Below are positions 55,829 through 64,000 of a stretch of 64,000 bases of DNA, piece by piece. The notes under the pieces were generated by a model. It searched no databases. It saw only the letters and a list, made by a program, of their open reading frames with translations, and had not been told where the DNA came from. Origin of the DNA: an uncultured Bacteroides sp. (GTDB taxonomy: Bacteria > Bacteroidota > Bacteroidia > Bacteroidales > Bacteroidaceae); NCBI GenBank assembly GCA_944321465.1, contig CALULL010000004.1:21451-85450 (forward strand), written 5' to 3'. Position 1 is the first letter of the stretch. Each line of letters opens with the position of its first letter. The translations under genes were made by a program, and so were the position numbers.

Positions 55829-57532
55829 ATGACAATGGACAGCGAAAAGAAAATCATCATCTACCAAGTCATGACCCGCCTCTTCGGCAACAGTAACTCC
55901 CACTGCGTGCGCAACGGCAGTCTGGCCGAGAACGGATGTGGCAAGATGGCCGACTTCGACCTCAAAGCCCTCAATGCTATACGCTCGTTAGGAGCCACAC
56001 ACATCTGGTACACGGGCATCATCGAACACGCCACACAAACCGACTACCGCCGTTACAACATCCGTCCCGACCATCCAGCCATCGTCAAAGGCAAGGCTGG
56101 CTCGCCCTACGCCATCAAGGATTACTACGACGTAGATCCCGACTTGGCCCGCGACGTGCCAGGGCGTATGAGGGAATTTGAGAGTCTGGTGGCACGTACC
56201 CACGAAGCAGGACTGAAGGCCATCATCGACTTTGTACCCAACCACGTGGCGCGCCAATACCAGTCAGACCAGCAACCCGAAGGCATCGCGCAGCTGGGAG
56301 CCAACGACGACAGCAACCTTGCCTTCAGCCCGGGCAATAACTTCTACTACATCCCCGGAGAGGAACTGCACGGCCACTTCGACATGAAAGCCGGTGCCCC
56401 AGACTACTACCGGGAATGCCCGGCCAAAGCCACTGGCAACGACCGCTTTGATGCCCACCCGAATATAGACGACTGGTACGAAACCGTGAAGCTGAACTAC
56501 GGCGTAGACTACCTCGGCGGACATGCCTGCCACTTCGACCCCATCCCCGACACGTGGCACAAGATGCTCCACATACTGCTGTTTTGGGCAAGCAAGGGCA
56601 TCGACGGCTTCCGCTGCGATATGGCCGAAATGGTTCCCGTGGAGTTCTGGCAATGGGCCATTGCACAAGTAAAAACACAATATCCCGGACTCATCTTCAT
56701 CGCCGAAGTCTACAACCCCGCACTGTACCACGACTACATAAATCGCGGCGGGTTCGACTACTTGTACGACAAAGTAGGACTGTATGACACGCTGCGCGAC
56801 ATCGTGTGCGGCCGTCAGCCGGCAGCTGCCATATCGCACACATGGCAGAGGTTAGGGGGCATTGAGAAGCACATGCTCAACTTCTTGGAAAACCACGACG
56901 AGCAACGCATTGCCTCCGACTTCTTCGCCGCCGACCCATGGAAAGCCATCCCGGCACTCATCGTATCGGCCTGCATGAACACCAACCCCATGATGGTTTA
57001 CTTCGGGCAAGAGCTCGGCGAACGTGGCATGGACGAAGAAGGCTTCAGCGGACGCGACGGCTGTACCACCCGCTTCGACTACTGGAGTGTAGGTACCATA
57101 CGCCGCTGGCGCAACAAGGGCACCTTCGATGGCGTGCAACTGTCCGACAGCCAACGCCGCCTGCAAGCCGTCTACCGAAACATCCTGACGCTATGCAACT
57201 CGGAAGCAGCCATCGCCCGCGGCCAGTTCTTCGACCTGATGTATGCCAATATCGGTGGCTGGCGCTTCAACGAGCAGAAATGCTTCACCTTCCTGCGCAA
57301 GTGGGAAAACGAACTGCTGCTCGTGGCCGTGAACTTCGGCTCTTCTCCGGCAGACGTAGCCATCAACATCCCGCCACATGCCTTCAACTTCCTACAGATG
57401 CCAACCAAGGAGCACTATGCAGCCATAGACCTGCTAAGCGGACATAGCGAGAACATCTGCCTGCTGCCCCACCGGGCCACCGACCTGCTCTTACCCGCCT
57501 ATGGAGGAAAGATACTGAAAATCGTCCTCTGA
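55829..57532 (+). CDS. GH13 alpha-amylase family glycoside hydrolase
   Basis: IIDFVPNHVA (region I), GIDGFRCDMAEMV (region II), FIAEVY (region III) and FLENHDEQR (region IV). Confidence 0.9.
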   Translation: MTMDSEKKIIIYQVMTRLFGNSNSHCVRNGSLAENGCGKMADFDLKALNAIRSLGATHIWYTGIIEHATQTDYRRYNIRPDHPAIVKGKAGSPYAIKDYYDVDPDLARDVPGRMREFESLVARTHEAGLKAIIDFVPNHVARQYQSDQQPEGIAQLGANDDSNLAFSPGNNFYYIPGEELHGHFDMKAGAPDYYRECPAKATGNDRFDAHPNIDDWYETVKLNYGVDYLGGHACHFDPIPDTWHKMLHILLFWASKGIDGFRCDMAEMVPVEFWQWAIAQVKTQYPGLIFIAEVYNPALYHDYINRGGFDYLYDKVGLYDTLRDIVCGRQPAAAISHTWQRLGGIEKHMLNFLENHDEQRIASDFFAADPWKAIPALIVSACMNTNPMMVYFGQELGERGMDEEGFSGRDGCTTRFDYWSVGTIRRWRNKGTFDGVQLSDSQRRLQAVYRNILTLCNSEAAIARGQFFDLMYANIGGWRFNEQKCFTFLRKWENELLLVAVNFGSSPADVAINIPPHAFNFLQMPTKEHYAAIDLLSGHSENICLLPHRATDLLLPAYGGKILKIVL

Positions 57533-57557
57533 GACAAGTCCGAGTACCCCGTACAAC

Positions 57558-57627
57558 AACATCGGCGAGGCATCGGTCCGCCCCTCTCTCTTGCGGGAGG
57601 GAAGCAGGCCGGTACCTCGCCGATGTT
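57558..57627. terminator. long hairpin between the convergent amylase and AraC genes
   Basis: AACATCGGCGAGG (57558-57570) pairs with CCTCGCCGATGTT (57615-57627). There is an inner CCCTC/GAGGG sub-stem. Confidence 0.5.
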
Positions 57628-57655
57628 TGTATATGCCGCCCTTATACGACCACGC

Positions 57656-58525
57656 TTATTTTCCCTGCTGCATACGATATTCCCGGGGCGACATGCCCAA
57701 CCAGCGCCGGACGTATTTGCCGAAGAAAGACAGATTATCGAAACCGGCCTCGAAGGCTATTTCCTTTACACTCTTGTCCGTAGTGCGCAACATGCGTTTC
57801 AGGTGGCTCACGGCACAACCGTTAATGACCTCAGAAGCCGGTTTATTCACATACTTGTGGCAGACAGCCGACAAATATTTGGATGTGATACAGAGTCTGT
57901 CGGCGTAGAACTTCACGTCCCTGTGTAGCGGGGTATTGTCGTTCACCAGTTCCATGAAGCGTCTGAACAACTGTTTGGAGGAGGAATAGGAATAGTCGTG
58001 CAGTTGCAACTTGGGCTTTATGCAATCAAGAAACTCGTACACCATCAGTTGCAGCAGCAGGTTGATGATCTCCTTGCGGTGGGCTGTCTTAGGCAAAGAC
58101 AACTTGCTCCGCAGGAACTCGAAGTTCTGCAACAACTGCCTGGCCTCCTTCTCGTCCAGCCCAACAATCGGATTTTCTATAAGGAAGAAGCCTGCATCCA
58201 GAACGTTGTCGTTTACCAGCAGGATGCTCTCAAAGAGCGCGGGCGACATCAGAAAGATGCGACGCTCAAAGTCGATGCTCGCCATTGCATTCTCCACAAA
58301 GGTATTGGGCTTGCAGAAGAACACGTCCCACTGTTTCATCTCAAACACCTTGTCCTCCAACCTGAACCATGCCTTCCCGTTGATGCACAGCACCACGAGA
58401 AACACATCGCACAAGGCACCTTCCAGCGGCAAGGCACCAGCATGGTCCAGAAGTTTCACGTCGTTCTCCGACAAGGCAAACATCTTCTTCACCAAATCGG
58501 TATTCTCAATATACTCCATATTCAT
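57656..58525 (-). CDS. AraC family transcriptional regulator
   Basis: The C-terminal HTH region FYADRLCITSKYLSAVCHKY...IAFEAGFDNLSFFGKYVRRWLGMSPREYR. It is divergent from the RND operon. Confidence 0.88.
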   Translation of the reverse strand: MNMEYIENTDLVKKMFALSENDVKLLDHAGALPLEGALCDVFLVVLCINGKAWFRLEDKVFEMKQWDVFFCKPNTFVENAMASIDFERRIFLMSPALFESILLVNDNVLDAGFFLIENPIVGLDEKEARQLLQNFEFLRSKLSLPKTAHRKEIINLLLQLMVYEFLDCIKPKLQLHDYSYSSSKQLFRRFMELVNDNTPLHRDVKFYADRLCITSKYLSAVCHKYVNKPASEVINGCAVSHLKRMLRTTDKSVKEIAFEAGFDNLSFFGKYVRRWLGMSPREYRMQQGK

Positions 58526-58539
58526 TCCGTTTTGTGGCG

Positions 58540-58547
58540 CAAAGATA
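58540..58547 (-). promoter_or_regulatory. Bacteroidetes -7 promoter box (TATCTTTG on the minus strand)
   Basis: The plus strand reads CAAAGATA, 15 nt upstream of the AraC ATG at 58525. Confidence 0.4.
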
Positions 58548-58586
58548 CGGCAGAATGAGACACATCTGTGTGTCATTTACTCCTCC

Positions 58587-58641
58587 GTTAGTGTCCGATA
58601 GTACACAACGGAGAACACACAAGGTAATATCGGACACTAAC
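58587..58641. promoter_or_regulatory. 14-bp perfect inverted repeat in the AraC/RND divergent intergenic region (candidate operator or leader hairpin)
   Basis: GTTAGTGTCCGATA (58587-58600) and TATCGGACACTAAC (58628-58641), separated by a 27-nt spacer. Confidence 0.5.
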
Positions 58642-58714
58642 CAGGTAGTCCGAATGTCCTAAACTCCCTTCAACTACCGTTTCTTTGCCAAAGATTTTAG
58701 AAAAACAGAAAACT

Positions 58715-59752
58715 ATGAGTACATTCAAGACCGCAAACGGAGCCTGTTTCTTCCTGATAGCATTATGCCTCTCGGGATGCAAGGAAGAGACCAACGAAAC
58801 GACAGAAACCCCCATCCCCATCAAAGAGATGGTCGTAATGCCCACCACAGCCCCGACGGGAAACCGCTACTCGGGCACCGTAGAAAGCGAGAACGAAACC
58901 GCACTGAGTTTCTCCTCGCCCGGAACCATCGGCCAACTGAACGTAAAAGTCGGCGACCGTGTGCGCAAGGGACAACCTTTGGCCACCATCGACCCCGCAA
59001 CCAGCCGCAACGCCTACGACATGGCCCACGCGACCAGAGTGCAGGCCGAAGACGCTTACCGTAGGATGAAGCAACTGCACGACAAGGGCAGCCTGTCCGA
59101 AATAAAATGGGTAGAGGCCCAAAGCCAGTTGCAACAGGCCGTGGCTGCCGAGAACATCGCCCGGAAGAACCTTGACGACTGCACCCTGACGGCACCTTGC
59201 GACGGGATTGTGTCAGAGACCAACGGTGAGCCCGGACAAAACGTCGTGCCCGGACCGCCTGTCGTAAAGCTCGTCAGCACCACCCTGCTCAACGTGGTAG
59301 TCTCCGTGCCCGAGAACGAGATTGCCCGGATGCGAATAGGCCAACCGGCCTCCATCAGGCTCACGGCACTGCCTGCGGGCTACTACCGGGGACGCGTCGT
59401 TGAGAAAGGAGTCATTGCCAACCCCCTGTCGCGTTCGTACAGCGTAAAGATACGGGTGGAGGACAACGACAACCGGCTTCTGCCCGGCATGGTGGCCAAC
59501 GTGACGATGCACCGCGACACGACGGAGACGGCCATCGTCGTCCCCGCCTCGCTGATACAGATGGCCGACGACAACACCACCTTCGTGTGGACAAACGAGG
59601 GCGGGAAGGCCGTGCGCCGACCCGTGACGTGTGGCACCTATCTGCCAGGCGGCGTAAGCATCGTCAGCGGCCTGAAGGAGGGCGACAGGGTGATTTGCGA
59701 AGGACAACAGAAAGTCTGCACGGGCACTCCCGTAACCGTAAAACAGGACTGA
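58715..59752 (+). CDS. efflux RND transporter periplasmic adaptor subunit
   Basis: Lipobox LCLSGC, biotinyl/lipoyl-like hairpin (VKVGDRVRKGQPLATID...APCDGIVSE) and a coiled-coil segment. Confidence 0.9.
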   Translation: MSTFKTANGACFFLIALCLSGCKEETNETTETPIPIKEMVVMPTTAPTGNRYSGTVESENETALSFSSPGTIGQLNVKVGDRVRKGQPLATIDPATSRNAYDMAHATRVQAEDAYRRMKQLHDKGSLSEIKWVEAQSQLQQAVAAENIARKNLDDCTLTAPCDGIVSETNGEPGQNVVPGPPVVKLVSTTLLNVVVSVPENEIARMRIGQPASIRLTALPAGYYRGRVVEKGVIANPLSRSYSVKIRVEDNDNRLLPGMVANVTMHRDTTETAIVVPASLIQMADDNTTFVWTNEGGKAVRRPVTCGTYLPGGVSIVSGLKEGDRVICEGQQKVCTGTPVTVKQD

Positions 59753-59753
59753 C

Positions 59754-62700
59754 ATGGAAAAGAATAAGAAACGCAACTTTGTGGAATGGGCCATGCACTA
59801 CCGCCAGATAGTCATCCTGGTGGTGACCTGCCTCGTGGCCTTCGGCATCTACAGCCTGCCGCAGATGAACAAGAACGAGTTCCCCGACTTCACCGTGCGG
59901 CAGGGCATCGTAGTGGCAGTGGCACCCGGCAACACCGCGCAGGAGATGGTGGAACAGGTGACCAAGCCACTGGAAGAATACATCTTTACTTATAAGGAAG
60001 TGAAGAAGGAGAAGACCTCCTCGAAGAGCCGCGACGGCATAGTCTACATACAGGTGGAGCTGAACGACGACCTGACGAACAAGGACGAGTTCTGGAGCAA
60101 GTTCAAGCACGGCGTGTCGCAGTTCAAGGCACAGCTGCCCAGCAACGTGCTGGCACTGGTGGTGCAGGACGACTTCGGCGACACCTCCGCCCTCCTTATC
60201 ACCATGGAGAGTGAGGACAAGACCTACCGCGAACTGGACGACTACATGGACCTGCTGCAAGGCCGCCTTCGCCGCATCAACTCCGTAGGGCGCATGACGG
60301 TGAGCGGCATGCAGAACGAGCAGATATCGGTCTACTTGGACCACGACCGCCTCAGCAAGTATGGACTGACCGAGCAGACACTCGCCCTCAGCCTGATGCA
60401 GAAGGGCTTCACCACCAGTGGCGGGCGTGTGAAGGACGGCACGCTGGTAGAACCCATCTACGTCAGCCGCTCGCTGAACACCGTGTACGACGTGCAGGAG
60501 CAGATTGTCTACACCGACCTGCAGGGCAACGTCGTCCGTCTGAAGGACGTGGCACGCGTGGTGCGCGAGTATCCCGACCCGGACAGCTACATCACCAACA
60601 ACGGGCGCAAGTGCCTCCTGCTCTCCGTCGAGATGAAGAAGGGCAAGAACATCGTGGCCATGGGCGATGAAATCAACAAGGTGCTGGACGAGTTCCAGAA
60701 GGAACTGCCCAGTGACGTGACCCTGTTCCGCATCACCGACCAACCGAAGGTGGTGGACGACAGCGTGATGAACTTCCTGCACGAACTGGTTATCGCCATC
60801 GTGGCGGTGGTCATCGTGGTGGTGCTGCTGTTACCTTTGCGCGTGGCGTTGGTGGCTGCATCGACTATACCTATTACCATATTTATATCATTAGGACTGT
60901 TCTACGCCTTCGGCATCGAGCTGAATACCGTGACCTTGGCCGCCTTGATAGTGACGTTGGGTATGATTGTGGACAACTCCATTGTCATCATCGACAGCTA
61001 TCTGGAGATGTTGGGCGAAGGCATGTCGCGCTGGCACGCCTCCATCCAGAGCACCACGCACTTCCTGAAGTCCATCTTTTCGGCCACGCTGGCCATCAGT
61101 ATCACGTTCTTCCCGTTCCTGTTCACACTGACGGGGATGCTAAACGAGTTCGTGCTGAGCTTCCCGTGGGCCATCAGCATTGTGCTGGGCGTGTCGTTGC
61201 TTGTGGCTACGCTGCTCGTGCCCTTCATGCAGTTCTGGTTCATACGCAAGCCCATGGAGGCAAAAGTGAATAAGGAGGGCAAGAAGCCGTTCAACTTCCT
61301 CGACCTCTTGCAGAAACATTACAACTGGCTGTTCGGCAAATGCTTCGCCCATCCCAAGATAACGGTGACAGTCGGCGCGGCCTCCATCGTGGTGGGCGCG
61401 GTGATGCTCTCCCGTTTGCCCCAGCGCATCCTGCCCGTGGCCGACCGCAACCAGTTTGCCGTGGAGATATACCTTCCTACAGGCACCGATGTGGACGTGA
61501 CGGCACAGGTGGCCGACAGCATGGAACACATCCTGCGCCAAGACCCGCGCGTGGTGAGCGTGGCTTCCTTCAAGGGATGCGCCTCGCCCCGCTTCCAGAA
61601 CTCGTATGCGCCACAGATTGCCGGCACCAACTACGCGCAGTTCATCGTGAACACAACGGGCATTGAGGATACCGAGGCATTGCTGGAGGAATACACCCCG
61701 AAGTACACGGAGTATTTCCCACAAGCCCGCGTGCGCTTCAAGCAGCTGTGTTACAGCGAGGCTGCCTACCCCATCGAGGTGCGCCTGTCGGGCGAGGATT
61801 TGGAGGCAATCAAGCATGACGCACAGGCAGTGCTGGAGGAGCTGAAGCAGATGCCGGGACTCCTCCTCGTGCAGACCGACTTCAACGAGCCGCTGCCCGC
61901 CATTGACATTCAGTTGAAAGAAGACGAGGCTACCCGCTTGGGCGTGACCAACCTCGGGCTGGAATCGGCCCTCGCCATGCGCTATGGCGACGGCTTGACG
62001 ATAGCCAGCGTATGGGAGGGCGACTACGGCATCCCAGTCAAGCTGAAGAGCGAGAAGGCCGACCGTGCCCTGCCCACGGATGTGAAGGACGAACTGATAC
62101 CCGTGGCCGCCGGACTGGCCGATGTGCCCCTGCGGCAAGTGGCTGACGTCGTGCCCGCGTGGAAGGAAGGACAGATAGTGCGCCGCAACGGCATCTACAC
62201 CGCCACCGTGCTGGCAGACGTGGCCATGGGAGAGAATGCCTCGAAAATGACCGCCCGGGTGCAGGAGATGATGAAAGGCATCCGGCTGTCCGACGGCGTG
62301 ACGCTTTCCTATGGCGGCGAAATGGAGAAGACCGGCGAGATGATGCCGCAGATCATGGGCGGACTGATGGTAGCCATCGCCATCATCTTCTTCATCCTGC
62401 TGTCCCACTTCCGCAAGATAAGCATCGCCCTGCTCATCTTCGGCAGCATGACGCTCTGCGTGTTCGGCACCGCCTTCGGTGTATGGATTCAAGGTGTGGA
62501 CTTCAGCGTGACGGCTATCTTGGGTGTGGTTAGTCTGATGGGCATCATCGTGCGCAACGGCATCATCATGATAGACTATGCCGAGGAGCTGCGCACCACG
62601 GAGCACATGACCGCCAGCGAAGCCATCTACCACTCCGCCCAGCGGCGTATGCGCCCCATCTTCCTCACGTCGGCGGCAGCCTCGATGGGCGTTATCCCGA

Positions 62701-62867
62701 TGATACTGGGCAAGTCGAGCCTGTGGATGCCGATGGGCACCGTCATCTGCTACGGCACGCTCATCACGATGCTGTTCATCCTCACCGTCCTGCCGTGCCT
62801 CTACCTGCTCACCTTCCGGGGCACTACGGAGCGGCGCGCCAAGTGGGACGCACTGGAACAACAATGA
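59754..62867 (+). CDS. efflux RND transporter permease subunit (AcrB/HAE1-like)
   Basis: 1037 aa with 12-TM/2-loop architecture and conserved GMIVDNSIVIID and GIIVRNGIIMIDY motifs. The start is 1 nt after the adaptor stop. Confidence 0.93.
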   Translation: MEKNKKRNFVEWAMHYRQIVILVVTCLVAFGIYSLPQMNKNEFPDFTVRQGIVVAVAPGNTAQEMVEQVTKPLEEYIFTYKEVKKEKTSSKSRDGIVYIQVELNDDLTNKDEFWSKFKHGVSQFKAQLPSNVLALVVQDDFGDTSALLITMESEDKTYRELDDYMDLLQGRLRRINSVGRMTVSGMQNEQISVYLDHDRLSKYGLTEQTLALSLMQKGFTTSGGRVKDGTLVEPIYVSRSLNTVYDVQEQIVYTDLQGNVVRLKDVARVVREYPDPDSYITNNGRKCLLLSVEMKKGKNIVAMGDEINKVLDEFQKELPSDVTLFRITDQPKVVDDSVMNFLHELVIAIVAVVIVVVLLLPLRVALVAASTIPITIFISLGLFYAFGIELNTVTLAALIVTLGMIVDNSIVIIDSYLEMLGEGMSRWHASIQSTTHFLKSIFSATLAISITFFPFLFTLTGMLNEFVLSFPWAISIVLGVSLLVATLLVPFMQFWFIRKPMEAKVNKEGKKPFNFLDLLQKHYNWLFGKCFAHPKITVTVGAASIVVGAVMLSRLPQRILPVADRNQFAVEIYLPTGTDVDVTAQVADSMEHILRQDPRVVSVASFKGCASPRFQNSYAPQIAGTNYAQFIVNTTGIEDTEALLEEYTPKYTEYFPQARVRFKQLCYSEAAYPIEVRLSGEDLEAIKHDAQAVLEELKQMPGLLLVQTDFNEPLPAIDIQLKEDEATRLGVTNLGLESALAMRYGDGLTIASVWEGDYGIPVKLKSEKADRALPTDVKDELIPVAAGLADVPLRQVADVVPAWKEGQIVRRNGIYTATVLADVAMGENASKMTARVQEMMKGIRLSDGVTLSYGGEMEKTGEMMPQIMGGLMVAIAIIFFILLSHFRKISIALLIFGSMTLCVFGTAFGVWIQGVDFSVTAILGVVSLMGIIVRNGIIMIDYAEELRTTEHMTASEAIYHSAQRRMRPIFLTSAAASMGVIPMILGKSSLWMPMGTVICYGTLITMLFILTVLPCLYLLTFRGTTERRAKWDALEQQ

Positions 62868-62910
62868 TAATAATAGCTGACAAACAAATACCCCGTATGG
62901 AGACCGATAA

Positions 62911-63043
62911 AGACATACGTATGTCTGCGATGAAGAGATACGTATCTCCTCACTCAAGAGATACGTATGTCTTAATGCAAGAGATACACGTATGTCCCCA
63001 CTTAAGAGATACGTATGTCTCAACGCGAGAGATACGTATCTCT
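62911..63043. repeat. array of six 16-bp palindromes (AGAGATACGTATCTCT-type) on a 23-bp period
   Basis: Copies start at 62911, 62934, 62957, 62980, 63005 and 63028. The first and last are perfect palindromes. The 7-nt linkers are all different. Confidence 0.85.
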
Positions 63044-63080
63044 TGAGCGGCCTCCTACGGCTCACCATAACATACTGACT

Positions 63081-64000
63081 ATGAATAGAATGCAAAATAC
63101 CCTGCGTCGCGTCCGGACGCTGATAGTCGCCTCCCTGGCACTCCCGACGCTCTCTGCACAGTCCGTCTACACGCTGGACGCGTGCATTGATAAAGCTTTA
63201 CAAAACAACGCCCGCACGCAGAACGCGGGCAACGACCTCGCCGCCGCGCAGCACCAGCGCAAGGAGGCCTTCACCAAGTACTTCCCCAACATCAGCGCCA
63301 CGGGCGTAGGCTTCCTGTCGGACACCCATCTGCTTGGCCTCGACCTGGCTCCCGGCATGAGCATGGGACTGATGAAGGACGGTCTGGCCGGAGGCATCAC
63401 GGCCTCGATGCCCCTCTTCACCGGAGGGCAGATTGTGCAAGGCAACAAACTGTCCGAGGTCAACGTCGAGAAGTACCGCCACCTCAGCAGGCAGGCCGAA
63501 AACGAAGTGAAGCTCACCGCCGAACAATACTTCTGGCAAGTGGCCATGCTGAAGGAGAAGCTCCGCACGCTCAGCGTGGTAGAGGCTCAGCTGGCCGAAA
63601 TCCATAAGGACGTAGACGCCGCCGTGCAGGCGGGCGTGACCAACCGCAACGACCTGCTGCAGGTGAGCCTGAAGCAGAACGACACGCGCAGCATGCGCAT
63701 CAACGTGGAGAACGCCCTCGCCCTGTCGCGCCGGCTGCTGGCGCAGTACATCGGCCTGCCCGGCGACAGTGTGGACGTGGCCTTCCAGGTGGCCGACTCC
63801 CTGCCCCCTTCGCCCGAACTGCTCTACCGTTCGCCCGAGTCGTCGCTCGCCCTCACCCCTGAGTACAATCTGTTGCAGGCACAGCTCAAGGCCAGCCGGA
63901 TAGAACGGAAGATTGCCCTGGGCAAGCAACTGCCCACCGTGGCCATCGGCGGCGGCTTCATGTACGACAACCTGCTGGACCGCGACCGCACCTACTGGCT
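63081..64000 (+). CDS. TolC family outer-membrane efflux protein, N-terminal part; continues beyond the window
   Basis: My own translation from the ATG at 63081: MNRMQNTLRRVRTLIVASLALPTLSAQSVYTLDACIDKALQNNARTQNAGNDLAAAQHQRKEAFTKYFPNISATG... It stays open to nt 64000 and has typical TolC repeat helices. Confidence 0.85.
   Translation, partial: MNRMQNTLRRVRTLIVASLALPTLSAQSVYTLDACIDKALQNNARTQNAGNDLAAAQHQRKEAFTKYFPNISATGVGFLSDTHLLGLDLAPGMSMGLMKDGLAGGITASMPLFTGGQIVQGNKLSEVNVEKYRHLSRQAENEVKLTAEQYFWQVAMLKEKLRTLSVVEAQLAEIHKDVDAAVQAGVTNRNDLLQVSLKQNDTRSMRINVENALALSRRLLAQYIGLPGDSVDVAFQVADSLPPSPELLYRSPESSLALTPEYNLLQAQLKASRIERKIALGKQLPTVAIGGGFMYDNLLDRDRTYW

Noticed and set aside
62911-63043. Possible CRISPR array (regularly spaced palindromic repeats).
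   Set aside because: The 'spacers' are only 7 nt and the repeats only 16 bp. There are six units, no leader-like region and no cas genes in the window. It is reported instead as a palindrome array.

Overview
This is a G+C-rich Bacteroidales-type chromosome segment. The calls rest on Bacteroidetes TAnnTTTG -7 promoter boxes, many lipoproteins and DUF families typical of Bacteroidia; I cannot name the genus by eye. About three quarters of the window is ordinary, densely packed housekeeping:
- Dcp-like peptidase tail, dCMP deaminase, S41 protease, 5-formyl-THF cyclo-ligase and a PHP phosphatase.
- aguA/aguB polyamine genes, rfbD, prfC, a DEAD-box helicase and glyA.
- An lptG-like/tgt/lon chain.
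- A TPP-riboswitch-controlled thiS-thiE-thiG-thiC-thiH-thiF-(thiE/thiD) cluster.
- A patatin-like lipase, a GH13 amylase, and an AraC regulator divergent from an RND efflux operon (MFP, permease, TolC-like; the last runs off the 3' end).

The accessory part is a ~16 kb minus-strand island at 21.6-37.8 kb encoding a type V (Mfa1/FimA-superfamily) pilus locus. Gene order is DUF3575, DUF3868, Mfa1-like stalk pilin, Mfa2-like anchor, two more fimbrillin-like lipoproteins, then an intact 2012-aa secreted protein. That last protein has a discoidin/CBM32-like N-terminal domain and a T9SS C-terminal sorting domain.

The most interesting signal lies upstream of the island. A 26/26 perfect inverted repeat flanks a 150-bp AT-rich segment that carries a consensus Bacteroidetes promoter, with a third partial repeat copy nearby. 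This is the geometry of an invertible, phase-variable promoter, and here it points away from the pilus operon. No recombinase is encoded in the window.

The window also holds several unannotated repeat systems:
- A ~197-bp MITE-like element with ~21-bp terminal inverted repeats (5 copies, two of them bracketing a CPBP protease gene).
- A family of GC-rich intergenic arrays built from ~22-nt units (core GGGCRCACCTGTG), with homologous copies at both edges of the pilus island.
- Six 16-bp palindromes on a 23-bp period between the RND permease and TolC genes.
- A 758-bp repeat-rich non-coding spacer inside the pilus operon.

I saw no rRNA, tRNA, CRISPR or transposase genes. The many long antisense ORFs in the track are high-GC artefacts.
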